A stretch of 36,867 bases of DNA from a virus (IMGVR_UViG_3300037195_001174:1-36867); one strand, 5' to 3'; counted from the first letter of the stretch, positions 1 to 7,272 are shown. The notes: generated from the letters alone by a model not told the origin. Made by a program: numbers and translations.

Positions 1-2
1 CG

Positions 3-79
3 GTCGACAACTGACCCGCATAGGGGGTGCCACTTTTCACACCGCGTGGCCCTAGCAGGTCGCGTGCGCGGGTGGCACT
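3..79. repeat. Terminal direct repeat, copy 1 (77 bp)
   Basis: gtcgacaactgacccgc...gggtggcact at 3-79 is identical to 36791-36867. Only the first two bases (cg) differ from the upstream context of copy 2 (tc). Confidence 0.95.
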
Positions 80-168
80 GTAGCGGGTAGGGCGCCCGGG
101 GGCTGGGCGATGTTCACGGCATTACCCGGCCCCCGGGTCGTCCTATTGACCGAGAGGGTACCGCAAAA

Positions 169-255
169 ATGACCGAACTAGCGCTAGCGGTCGTGATTCT
201 CGGCGCGTGGCTGTGGCTCAAGCGAGAGCGACAAAAACCGCCCCCCGGTAGGTAA
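169..255 (+). CDS. Small membrane peptide (28 aa, MTELALAVVILGAWLWLKRERQKPPPGR)
   Basis: Read by hand, below the ORF-track cutoff. GAGAGGG lies upstream. One hydrophobic helix followed by a basic tail. Confidence 0.5.
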   Translation: MTELALAVVILGAWLWLKRERQKPPPGR

Positions 256-293
256 GCAATCGGGGTGGAATCGTGCGACAGTGCCCAACAGGG

Positions 294-428
294 GTGACCG
301 TGGCACACTTCCGGGAATTCGCGCGTGGGGCTCTGATACTGATCGTGGTGCGGCTATGCTGGTCCCTGATCGATCCTATTCCAGCGCTGGAGAAGCGGGT
401 TGACGCCCTCGAGCAGATTTGCCGCTAG
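294..428 (+). CDS. Small membrane protein with short coiled-coil tail (44 aa)
   Basis: Read by hand: GTG start, MTVAHFREFARGALILIVVRLCWSLIDPIPALEKRVDALEQICR. Converges on the leftward early block. Confidence 0.45.
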   Translation: MTVAHFREFARGALILIVVRLCWSLIDPIPALEKRVDALEQICR

Positions 429-454
429 TCTGGACGCACTCTTACGTGGTCTTG

Positions 455-1264
455 TCATTGACCTAATCGAAGATCTTTCAGGTGCTCACGTAGGCGTTTA
501 ATACTGCGAGGGTCGGCATCTGCCGCGCCTTCCATACCAGCGGCATAGGTGTCCAGTAGGTCAAGAATCTCCGCCCTGCCGGCTGCGCGTGCGACGTGTA
601 TGTGCACACCAGCGGCCAGGGGGAGGCTCCAGCGTGCCCGACCCACGGCAGTTGCGTTGCCTGTGACGCACGCGCTATCCCCTGCCGGTGCCTTACGCCC
701 GCCCGGTCCGATGATCGCCGGGTCGCCTACCGTGCGGATGTGGGCGAGCGGCTCGGGTGGGGACTGCCGCGCTGCGAGCGTGTTTGGCCCGGGTACCATC
801 CACCCGAAAGTCATGTCGCACACATCGCAGTGCCGGTATGGGCTGTCCCCCACTGGCTGCCCCTCGCCACCGCAGTCGACGCACACCGGGGATTCCCCGC
901 GCCGTCTACGGTCCTGGTTTCGGTCCGTGGACATGTCGCACGTCTCGCAGTCTGGTAGCCCGATCCCGGAGTGGTCGCACTCAGCGTCCCCCGGGTCATC
1001 TGCGAGATGTTTTAGAATGCCTGCGAAGTCTTCTAAAACATCTCGCGCTGTCTCCCGGACACCCGGGCTGGGTTCGTGGATCCCACCACATAGTGCCATC
1101 ATCGTGATCGTGTCAGTAACAGCGGCGCGCAAACCCAGCAGAGCGCCTTCGCGAACAGGGGCGCTAGGATCCTCCAGCGTCTGGATCAACATCGGTATCG
1201 ACGAGGGTCCGTGATTCCGACCCGCCCACTCACACAGATGTGCGGCGTGTATGCGGGCGGTCAT
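455..1264 (-). CDS. Hypothetical protein with HEAT-like repeats and Cys-rich Zn-finger motifs
   Basis: LIQTLEDPSAPVREGALLGL and EPSPGVRETARDVL resemble HEAT_2 repeats. CxxC motifs CETC, CVDC and CDVC are present. Start overlaps the upstream stop. Confidence 0.65.
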   Translation of the reverse strand: MTARIHAAHLCEWAGRNHGPSSIPMLIQTLEDPSAPVREGALLGLRAAVTDTITMMALCGGIHEPSPGVRETARDVLEDFAGILKHLADDPGDAECDHSGIGLPDCETCDMSTDRNQDRRRRGESPVCVDCGGEGQPVGDSPYRHCDVCDMTFGWMVPGPNTLAARQSPPEPLAHIRTVGDPAIIGPGGRKAPAGDSACVTGNATAVGRARWSLPLAAGVHIHVARAAGRAEILDLLDTYAAGMEGAADADPRSIKRLREHLKDLRLGQ

Positions 1265-1902
1265 CAGAACCGGGCGTCCAGCGGCATGAACGGGATGGCC
1301 GAGTCGTCGAATCCGCCCGGCCCCGGGTCGTCCCCGTCATATGCGGGCATCGGGTCATCCGGCCCAGTCCACTCCGGGGCGCTGCGGATGGTCTCCTGCA
1401 GCCGCGGGGAGAACGCGCGGAACGCTTCCGAGTCTCCGTCCTCGATCTCGTAGTACACCACGGGATTGACCGCGGGCGGCACTTCCAGGCCCTTGACCAT
1501 GGATGTCACCGCGGACACGTTCGCGTACTTGCCATCCTCTGTGTGGATGACCGAGAGCATACACGCCTTGCCCGCGACGTTCTTCAGGTCGAAGCCCGCG
1601 AGCTCGTCCGCGGTGAACGCGCGACCGCGCCACGACTCCAGGACCTTCCGCAGCGATGCCTTCTCGTGCAGAGACATCGTGTAGCGCGTGGTCACGAGGA
1701 ATGGCAGTTGCTCACCGTTGTATTCGTGCAACTCGCTCGGTAGCTCCCACGCGACCATGACCTTGTGCTTCGGGTCCGGGTACATCTGCGACCCGGGCTG
1801 CGTGCCTAAATCGATTACTTTGACACAGCGCCCGATGTGCGTGCCCTCAGGTGCCGGTGTGAAGTCGCCGCCGCTCCCGCCTTCTGTAGCCATTAGTCCC
1901 AT
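1264..1902 (-). CDS. Phage SSB-like / replication-recombination protein
   Basis: FTPAPEGTHIGRCVKVIDLGTQ...SLHEKASLRKVLESWRGRAF...GKACMLSVIH pattern and acidic C-tail ending DDSAIPF. Start trimmed to ATG 1902 after an AGAGGG RBS. Confidence 0.75.
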   Translation of the reverse strand: MGLMATEGGSGGDFTPAPEGTHIGRCVKVIDLGTQPGSQMYPDPKHKVMVAWELPSELHEYNGEQLPFLVTTRYTMSLHEKASLRKVLESWRGRAFTADELAGFDLKNVAGKACMLSVIHTEDGKYANVSAVTSMVKGLEVPPAVNPVVYYEIEDGDSEAFRAFSPRLQETIRSAPEWTGPDDPMPAYDGDDPGPGGFDDSAIPFMPLDARF

Positions 1903-1915
1903 TGTCGTCCCTCTT

Positions 1916-2425
1916 TCATTTCCATTGGAGGCGATCGTCGCCTCGTTCGCGGGTTGCCCCAGGTACATCCACGTCCGCGTCAATCGCGGTCGCAATAGCT
2001 TTCTTGTCGATGCTCTCCACGACCACGCTGCGCCGGTATGTTTCCGGGATGGCCGCTTCATCCACGATCACAGTCCGCAGCGGTTGCTTGCGCAGGCTCG
2101 CAGTCGCGGTCCCCGTGGTCACCTTGCGCACGCCCATGATGAGCAGCAAGTCGTGCGCGCGGTCGGTCAGTCGCGAGCCGTCGCGGTCGAACGCGGCTGC
2201 CCGTTCGAGCTGCCGCTTCGCTTCTGCGCGGGCTGTTGCTGCCCATCCGGCGCGCTCAGCGACCAGGAAGCCGATGGCGCCCACCTTGTCCTCCATCTCG
2301 TCCGTGAGCTCGGCGAACAGTCGCTCGTCCAGTTCGCCGTTCTCGTCGTAGCAGCCCAGCATCTGGGCCGCGATAATGTGCGCTGGTCGCCGCACACGCT
2401 TCGGTGTATTGTCGTCGGTGCCCAT
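1916..2425 (-). CDS. Siphovirus Gp157-family protein
   Basis: Coiled-coil N-half, then SLRKQPLRTVIVDEAAIPETY...IDKKAIATAI...VPGA...LQWK, the typical Gp157 C-terminal pattern. Confidence 0.85.
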   Translation of the reverse strand: MGTDDNTPKRVRRPAHIIAAQMLGCYDENGELDERLFAELTDEMEDKVGAIGFLVAERAGWAATARAEAKRQLERAAAFDRDGSRLTDRAHDLLLIMGVRKVTTGTATASLRKQPLRTVIVDEAAIPETYRRSVVVESIDKKAIATAIDADVDVPGATRERGDDRLQWK

Positions 2426-2489
2426 TGTCTTCTTCCTCTGGGTCGTGACCCGGGCCGTTTGTCAGAGCGGCGCCGGGTCGTTTAGCTTA

Positions 2490-2597
2490 TCACATCGTGG
2501 GGTCCATCGGGTCCCATTCGGGGTCGCAGCCGCACAAATGCTCGGGGCTGTCGCAGTCCTCGCACCATCCCTCGATCTCGGGCTCTTCCTCATTCAT
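2490..2597 (-). CDS. Small acidic Cys-rich peptide (35 aa)
   Basis: MNEEEPEIEGWCEDCDSPEHLCGCDPEW...; start overlaps the upstream stop. Confidence 0.45.
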   Translation of the reverse strand: MNEEEPEIEGWCEDCDSPEHLCGCDPEWDPMDPTM

Positions 2598-2904
2598 CGC
2601 TATCACCCGCACGCCCCGCGATGCCCCGGACCAGCGGCACCTGCTGCCGGTGGACAGCCGCGACACCCGCGGCGATGCGCGCGACCGCGGGGTCCTCGTG
2701 ATCGACCATAGCCGCGAGCTGTTCGAGCGCGTCGATCGCGATGAGCATCGCGTCCGCAGCGCTGTCCGCTGCCTGTTGTAGGCCCGAAGGCCCGCCCCCT
2801 CCCCTGCCTGGGGGAGCGGACACGGCCGAGGGGGCAGCCGCATCGCGGGGAGGGGGCGAAATCTGTACGTCGCGCCGGGTGCGTGGAAGTCTGTAGACCA
2901 TCAT
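2590..2904 (-). CDS. Hypothetical protein
   Basis: ATGA coupling with the upstream gene, GGAGG RBS, helical C-half. Confidence 0.6.
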   Translation of the reverse strand: MMVYRLPRTRRDVQISPPPRDAAAPSAVSAPPGRGGGGPSGLQQAADSAADAMLIAIDALEQLAAMVDHEDPAVARIAAGVAAVHRQQVPLVRGIAGRAGDSDE

Positions 2905-3392
2905 CGCCCGACCTCCCAATCGGCGAGCGCGTTCCAGGTGAGGATAGCCTCGTTGACGTTCCTGCGCTCGACCGCGAACGCCAATCCGTGGGCCAGCGTG
3001 GGCCCCTGTGCCTCGCACGGGTGGCACGTGACCGACGCGGTGGGCCGATGGGTCGCGACCTCGGGCATCGCCCCACATCGCCAGCAGTGGCGCGGAACGG
3101 GCGGGCGCACGCTGCGCCGCTCCATGTAGACGGCCCGCGCGTTCCACATCTCCGCGGCTGCCCGGCGGGACGTCCCGGCAACGCGGGTGCATAGCGTCGT
3201 CTCGTCGGGCGCACCGAAATGGCAATCGCAGCCGACCTCCTGCGTGCCGCCTGCTCGCGGAATGGACGTGGGCTCGCAGCCGCACTGCCAGCACGGGCGC
3301 AGCTCCACAAATGCCTCGGTCGTGGCCGCGATGATATCCGCGTCCCGTCGCCACTGGTCGCGGTCAGCCGCGGGTATGATGCCAATGCTCAT
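2901..3392 (-). CDS. Tandem Lar-like (restriction alleviation-type) Zn-finger protein
   Basis: Two copies of the Lar pattern: LRPCWQCG...VGCDC...AAAEMWNAR and CWRCG...VTCHPCEAQGP...EAILTWNA. Confidence 0.7.
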   Translation of the reverse strand: MSIGIIPAADRDQWRRDADIIAATTEAFVELRPCWQCGCEPTSIPRAGGTQEVGCDCHFGAPDETTLCTRVAGTSRRAAAEMWNARAVYMERRSVRPPVPRHCWRCGAMPEVATHRPTASVTCHPCEAQGPTLAHGLAFAVERRNVNEAILTWNALADWEVGR

Positions 3393-3724
3393 GATGCCAC
3401 CGCCATGAGCTGCGCCACGCTCGGGTCCACGTCGGCAGCGGATGCGACGCAGCGGTATCCCGCGTCCCGTACGTAGGCCAGGATGGCCGCGTCCTCATCG
3501 GTGGCCTCATAGATGCCCATGACGTCCCCGTCCGCGCTGTGGATCGTGTAGCTGTAGGCAGGCACGAGCACCGTCTCGCCGGTCGCGTAGTCGCAGTGGA
3601 TGCTGCCATCCGCGTACAGGTCGGCGCGCTCCCCGTGGACCGCCTCACACATTGATTGGAAGTCCTCCACGCTGTCATAGAGTACGTCGGTGTTGCTGTA
3701 TCGATCGTTTGTGCACTTGAACAT
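3389..3724 (-). CDS. Acidic hypothetical protein, first leftward early gene
   Basis: ATG 3724 preceded by GGGGAGG. Coupled to the next gene. D/E/Y-rich. Confidence 0.7.
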   Translation of the reverse strand: MFKCTNDRYSNTDVLYDSVEDFQSMCEAVHGERADLYADGSIHCDYATGETVLVPAYSYTIHSADGDVMGIYEATDEDAAILAYVRDAGYRCVASAADVDPSVAQLMAVAS

Positions 3725-3762
3725 GATGCCTCCCCAGGCCGGGTTGTTGTTTCCGTGAGGAC

Positions 3763-3792
3763 AGTATGGGCACAGGCGAATCCCAGACGCAA
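3763..3792 (-). promoter_or_regulatory. Leftward sigma70-type promoter
   Basis: TTGCGT-N18-CATACT on the minus strand in the AT-richer divergent gap. Confidence 0.55.
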
Positions 3793-3817
3793 CACAAATG
3801 CACAAAAAAGATTGCCT

Positions 3818-3847
3818 TTGCATTCTGCGGTCAGATCGTGCTACGGG
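3818..3847 (+). promoter_or_regulatory. Rightward sigma70-type promoter (probably leaderless transcript)
   Basis: TTGCAT-N18-TACGGG with a TG extension, 7 nt before ATG 3855. Confidence 0.5.
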
Positions 3848-3854
3848 TACTCGC

Positions 3855-4043
3855 ATGGATCTGAAGAAATACGTACAGAAGGGCGGACGAGGCACGATTG
3901 CCGATCTCGTCCGTGAATCGGGCATCTCGCGGACGACGGTGGAGAAAGCCGTGGGCGGAATGGCTGTGAGCGCGGAGACCGCGAAGGCGATCAGCGCTGC
4001 GACGGGCGGGAAAGTCTCGGCTAGGAAGCTGGTGGGGGTGTGA
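3855..4043 (+). CDS. Cro-like HTH regulator
   Basis: 62 aa; TIADLVRESGISRTTVEKAVGG HTH and AKAISAATGGKVSARKL, typical of Cro/YdaS-like proteins. First gene of the rightward operon. Confidence 0.8.
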   Translation: MDLKKYVQKGGRGTIADLVRESGISRTTVEKAVGGMAVSAETAKAISAATGGKVSARKLVGV

Positions 4044-4723
4044 TGCCACATCTGCCTACCGCCACGGTCGCGCAGTTCCGCGGCTGGAATCCCTGTTGGC
4101 CCACTGAGGATATCGACGCGCTGCTCGAGCCGTACGTCGACGAGCCGTGGAACGCCCTCGATGTGCTCAAGCTGCGCAAACCGTCCAACAGGGACCTGTT
4201 GTGGGTGGTGCTGCGTCCCTCGATGCTGCCGGATGCGGTGCGCGAGGCGTTCGCGTTCTGGTGCGCGGACCGTGCGCGGCTGTCGGCGGCCGATGCGCTC
4301 GACGCGGCGGGCATTTCGAATCAGGCGCGGCTACTGCGGGAACTGCCCGCGGTGGTTGACGAGGCAACGGCAGGCGCCGCATCGGCCGCCGCCGGTAACG
4401 CCGCCGATAACGCTGCCGGGGCCGCCAGGGCCGCCGGGGCCGCCAGGGCCGCCTGGGACGCCGCCAGGGCCGCCGCCTGGGACGCCTGGGACGCCGCCGG
4501 GGCCGCCGCCGGGGCCGCCAGGGCCGCCGGGGCCGCCTGGGACGCCGCCAGGGCCGCCGCCTGGGACGCCGCCGGGGCCGCCGCCGGGGCCGCCGGGGCC
4601 GCCGGGGCCGCCTGGGACGCCTGGGACGCCGCCGGGGACGCCGCCAGGGACGCCGAGCAGAGAGCGCAAATCCGCGAATTGCGGCTGCTGCTGCGCAAGT
4701 ACGAGCGGGGGGGGGCGCTATGA
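4043..4723 (+). CDS. Phage protein with Ala-rich AA(W/R/G)(D/A)A repeat tract
   Basis: Globular N-terminus (DLLWVVLR...FAFWCADRA), Ala/Trp/Arg/Gly/Asp repeat, AEQRAQIRELR end. Coupled to genes on both sides. Confidence 0.8.
   Translation: MPHLPTATVAQFRGWNPCWPTEDIDALLEPYVDEPWNALDVLKLRKPSNRDLLWVVLRPSMLPDAVREAFAFWCADRARLSAADALDAAGISNQARLLRELPAVVDEATAGAASAAAGNAADNAAGAARAAGAARAAWDAARAAAWDAWDAAGAAAGAARAAGAAWDAARAAAWDAAGAAAGAAGAAGAAWDAWDAAGDAARDAEQRAQIRELRLLLRKYERGGAL
4414..4654 (+). repeat. Low-complexity coding repeat built from GCC, (G/A/T)GG and GAC codons
   Basis: Shuffled 9-15 bp units such as gccggggcc, gccagggcc and gcctgggac. Confidence 0.9.
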
Positions 4724-4959
4724 CCGCCATCGCCTTCCCCGCGGCTGTCAGTACGCGCGACGGCTCCGCGTCCACCCTCGCGCGCTTCAGCGACTGGCTC
4801 GAGGGCCGGGGCGGCTGCGAGCTGCGCATCCGGCGTGTAGCAGCGTACATTCCGGAGCCCATTCGGATGCCGCGACTGTTCACACCCGTGCATCAGCAGG
4901 GCAGCGCGTACGGCTCGCGGCGCGTGTTCGTGCGGCTGGGCGACAGGCGGAAGCGGTGA
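4720..4959 (+). CDS. Hypothetical protein
   Basis: ATGA/GTGA coupling at both ends. Confidence 0.6.
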   Translation: MTAIAFPAAVSTRDGSASTLARFSDWLEGRGGCELRIRRVAAYIPEPIRMPRLFTPVHQQGSAYGSRRVFVRLGDRRKR

Positions 4960-5144
4960 CCCGCCCCACGCTGATCGACGTGCGCGGGTGCTGGACGTGC
5001 CCCGCTTGTGATATCCGCGAGCGTGAATGTGCGCTCGCGGACGAGCGGTATATCCCGGAGGTTCTCCGGAACGCGGCGCCCGACTGGTGTCCGCTGCGCT
5101 CGGGGCCGGTCACGATTCGACTGCGGGAGGACGGCGATGAGTGA
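4956..5144 (+). CDS. Small Cys-rich protein
   Basis: GTG start; CWTCPAC...C...PDWCPL motif common in small phage proteins. Confidence 0.65.
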   Translation: MTRPTLIDVRGCWTCPACDIRERECALADERYIPEVLRNAAPDWCPLRSGPVTIRLREDGDE

Positions 5145-5382
5145 CCCGCGCATGAACTGGAGGCGATGGGACCACGGCGGCTACGGCGTGTGGATCCGCG
5201 GCATGCGCCTAGCGTGCTGGCGCGAGTCGCCCGTGGACGCCCCGCCGGACAAGCGCCGCTGGATGTGGGCGCTGCGGGACAGGGCCCGAGGGATGCGGCT
5301 GTGTGCGAGTGGGGAAGAGACGAGCCGCGGGCGCGCGATGGCAGCCGCGGAGATGATGGCCAGGTACAGGTGGACGCGGTGA
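5137..5382 (+). CDS. Hypothetical Trp/Arg-rich protein
   Basis: GGAGG RBS, ATG 5137, overlaps flanking genes. Confidence 0.6.
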   Translation: MSDPRMNWRRWDHGGYGVWIRGMRLACWRESPVDAPPDKRRWMWALRDRARGMRLCASGEETSRGRAMAAAEMMARYRWTR

Positions 5383-6005
5383 TTGCTGCCTTGTATGTGC
5401 AGCGAGGCGGTGTTTATTGGGATTTGCCGGATGTGGACGCGTGGCCCGAGTCGCGGGACGCGCGGAAGTACGCGGGACCACACGCGGTCGTAGCTCACCC
5501 GCCGTGCCAGCGGTGGGGTAGGTACTGGAGCGGGGGGCCGTCTGTTCGCGTGCGGCGTGAGCTCGGGGACGATGGCGGCTGTTTCCGGGCCGCCCTGGCC
5601 GCTGTGAGGCGATTCGGGGGCGTGCTCGAACATCCGGAGGCGTCTCACGCGTGGCGAGCGCACGGGCTGCTAACGCCGCCCAAGTGGGGGGGGTGGGTCA
5701 ATGCGGACCTTGAGGGCGGATGGACGACCTGCGTTGAACAAGGGCACTTTGGCCACCGGGCACGCAAAGCGACATGGCTCTATGCTCACGGGTGCGAGTT
5801 GCCTAGCCTGCCCAAGGGCCGATCGGAGGCCAGCATGCGGATGGACGAGGGATTCCATTCATCCGCGGACCGGCGAGCTGCTCGAGCCGCGGGACACCGC
5901 GCGCCGCCCCGGCTCCCCGATGCCGAGCGCGCAGCGACCCCCCTACCATTCCGCGATTTACTATTGTCGATGGCACGAAGCGTCGACCAGGAGATAGACC
6001 GATGA
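5379..6005 (+). CDS. Divergent C5-cytosine DNA methyltransferase-like protein
   Basis: VVAHPPCQ (motif IV-like), VLEHP (motif VI-like), QGHFGHRARKATWLY (motif VIII-like). No canonical FxGxG. Confidence 0.65.
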   Translation: MIAALYVQRGGVYWDLPDVDAWPESRDARKYAGPHAVVAHPPCQRWGRYWSGGPSVRVRRELGDDGGCFRAALAAVRRFGGVLEHPEASHAWRAHGLLTPPKWGGWVNADLEGGWTTCVEQGHFGHRARKATWLYAHGCELPSLPKGRSEASMRMDEGFHSSADRRAARAAGHRAPPRLPDAERAATPLPFRDLLLSMARSVDQEIDR

Positions 6006-6643
6006 CAGACAAGCTACGAGAAGCGATGCTAGCAACCGATCGATCGCGGGCGGAACTACAGACCGCGGTGGACCTGCTCAAAGAAGCGATGCTCGAGCGT
6101 GCGAACGTCGAGAACAGCGCGACACCCGCGCACCCTGCGCCCTGGCTCGACGTGGCCCGGGGTGAACTCGGCGTGAAGGAGGTCCGCGGCGACGAGCACA
6201 ACCCGCACATCCTCGAATACCTCGCGAGCACATCGATCGGGAAGTGGGGGGCGAGTCGCGACGAGACGCCATGGTGCTCCGCGTTCGTGAACTGGTGTAT
6301 GCAGGGCGGGAGCGGGCCGCGGATACTCCCGATTCTGCAGGGCTTCCACGAGGGCACAGGCTCCGCGATGGCCCGCAGCTGGCTCGGGTGGGGCATCGAG
6401 CTGGAGGAGCCGCGGCCGGGCTGCGTGGTGGTGCTCAAGCGCGGGAAGCCGCCGCAGGGGCATGTGGGGCTGTATGTGGGCGAGGACCCTCACAGCAGCG
6501 CGCACATCAGCGTGTTGGGCGGAAACCAGAGCGATAGTGTGTGCATCAAGCAGTACCCGAAGAACGACGTCCTGTCGTACAGGTGGCCGGACACCGGGAA
6601 GGTCGAACTTTTCCGCCAAACTCACCAAAGCCCAGGTGGTTGA
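6002..6643 (+). CDS. TIGR02594-family NlpC/P60-like peptidoglycan peptidase
   Basis: PWLDVARGELGVKE...HNPHI...DETPWCSAFVNWC...ARSWLGWG...GHVG...VLGGNQSDSV...YRWP. Confidence 0.9.
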   Translation: MTDKLREAMLATDRSRAELQTAVDLLKEAMLERANVENSATPAHPAPWLDVARGELGVKEVRGDEHNPHILEYLASTSIGKWGASRDETPWCSAFVNWCMQGGSGPRILPILQGFHEGTGSAMARSWLGWGIELEEPRPGCVVVLKRGKPPQGHVGLYVGEDPHSSAHISVLGGNQSDSVCIKQYPKNDVLSYRWPDTGKVELFRQTHQSPGG

Positions 6644-6809
6644 GATCATCGAAAAGCACGCTGCGGGCGGGGTGCTCCAGCGGGAATTAGCTGCGGAGTA
6701 CGGGGTGGACCAGTCAGCCATAAGCCTCATCGTGCGCGGCAAAAAATGGGCGCACATCCTCCTACTCCTGGCCCTGACCGGCTGCCTACCCACGGACGTC
6801 CGCGACTGA
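6597..6809 (+). pseudogene. Orphan HTH resembling the C-terminal DNA-binding tail of phage HNH endonucleases
   Basis: GRSNFSAKLTKAQVVEI...QRELAAEYGVDQSAISLIVRGKKWAH. No HNH core and no good start before the motif (first GTG at 6636). Confidence 0.55.
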
Positions 6810-6871
6810 CCGCGACCCCCCGCGCGGGGGGCGGGGGCGCATGCAATCAACAACCAACCAGGAGAGACCAA

Positions 6872-7114
6872 ATGAGACATACAGCACTGATGGCAATGGC
6901 ATTGATCGCGGCATGCGGCGGCGGCTCCGCCGAATCCTACCCACCCGACGCGAGCGCCCCGGACGGCGGCACAGAGCCCGACAACGGGCGCGGCAGCCCC
7001 GACACGGACGCGGGCGCCGATGGCGGGCAGCCCCCGGACGCCCCGGAATGGGTGCCGCATCTGTGCACGCCCGCGGAATGCCCGTCCGAGCACGCGGACC
7101 TCGACGCGGGGTAA
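6872..7114 (+). CDS. Small lipoprotein
   Basis: GGAGA RBS; MRHTALMAMALIAA-C lipobox; D/G/P-rich body with DAS/DGG/DAG motifs. Confidence 0.75.
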   Translation: MRHTALMAMALIAACGGGSAESYPPDASAPDGGTEPDNGRGSPDTDAGADGGQPPDAPEWVPHLCTPAECPSEHADLDAG

Positions 7115-7120
7115 CCGCGC

Positions 7121-7272
7121 GCCAGCACGGGCGCCGATATCACGCGGGGGCACTGCGGGAATCCGCAACTAGACAGCAAGGGGCTTCCTGGTGAGCCGGA
7201 AGGGGCTTCGAAGGGGCATCGGCACCTTTGTCAGTGCGCTCCCCGGGCGCTGTTGGTTTTTCGGTGTGCCCG
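7121..7272. ncRNA. Possible structured intergenic RNA/regulatory element
   Basis: Nested complementarities ccagca/tgttgg, gcgcc/ggcgc, cgggg/ccccg, gcactg/cagtgc. Three copies of AAGGGGC(T/A)TC. Confidence 0.35.

Noticed and set aside
4414-4654. CRISPR array or DGR variable region
   Set aside because: No constant repeat with unique spacers, no reverse transcriptase and no template-repeat copy.
4161-5144. Collagen-like (GPP)n ORF and antisense Arg/Pro- or Gly-rich ORFs
   Set aside because: Alternative-frame readings of the GCC/NGG repeat. The Ala-rich frame has coupled start and stop and a globular N-terminus.
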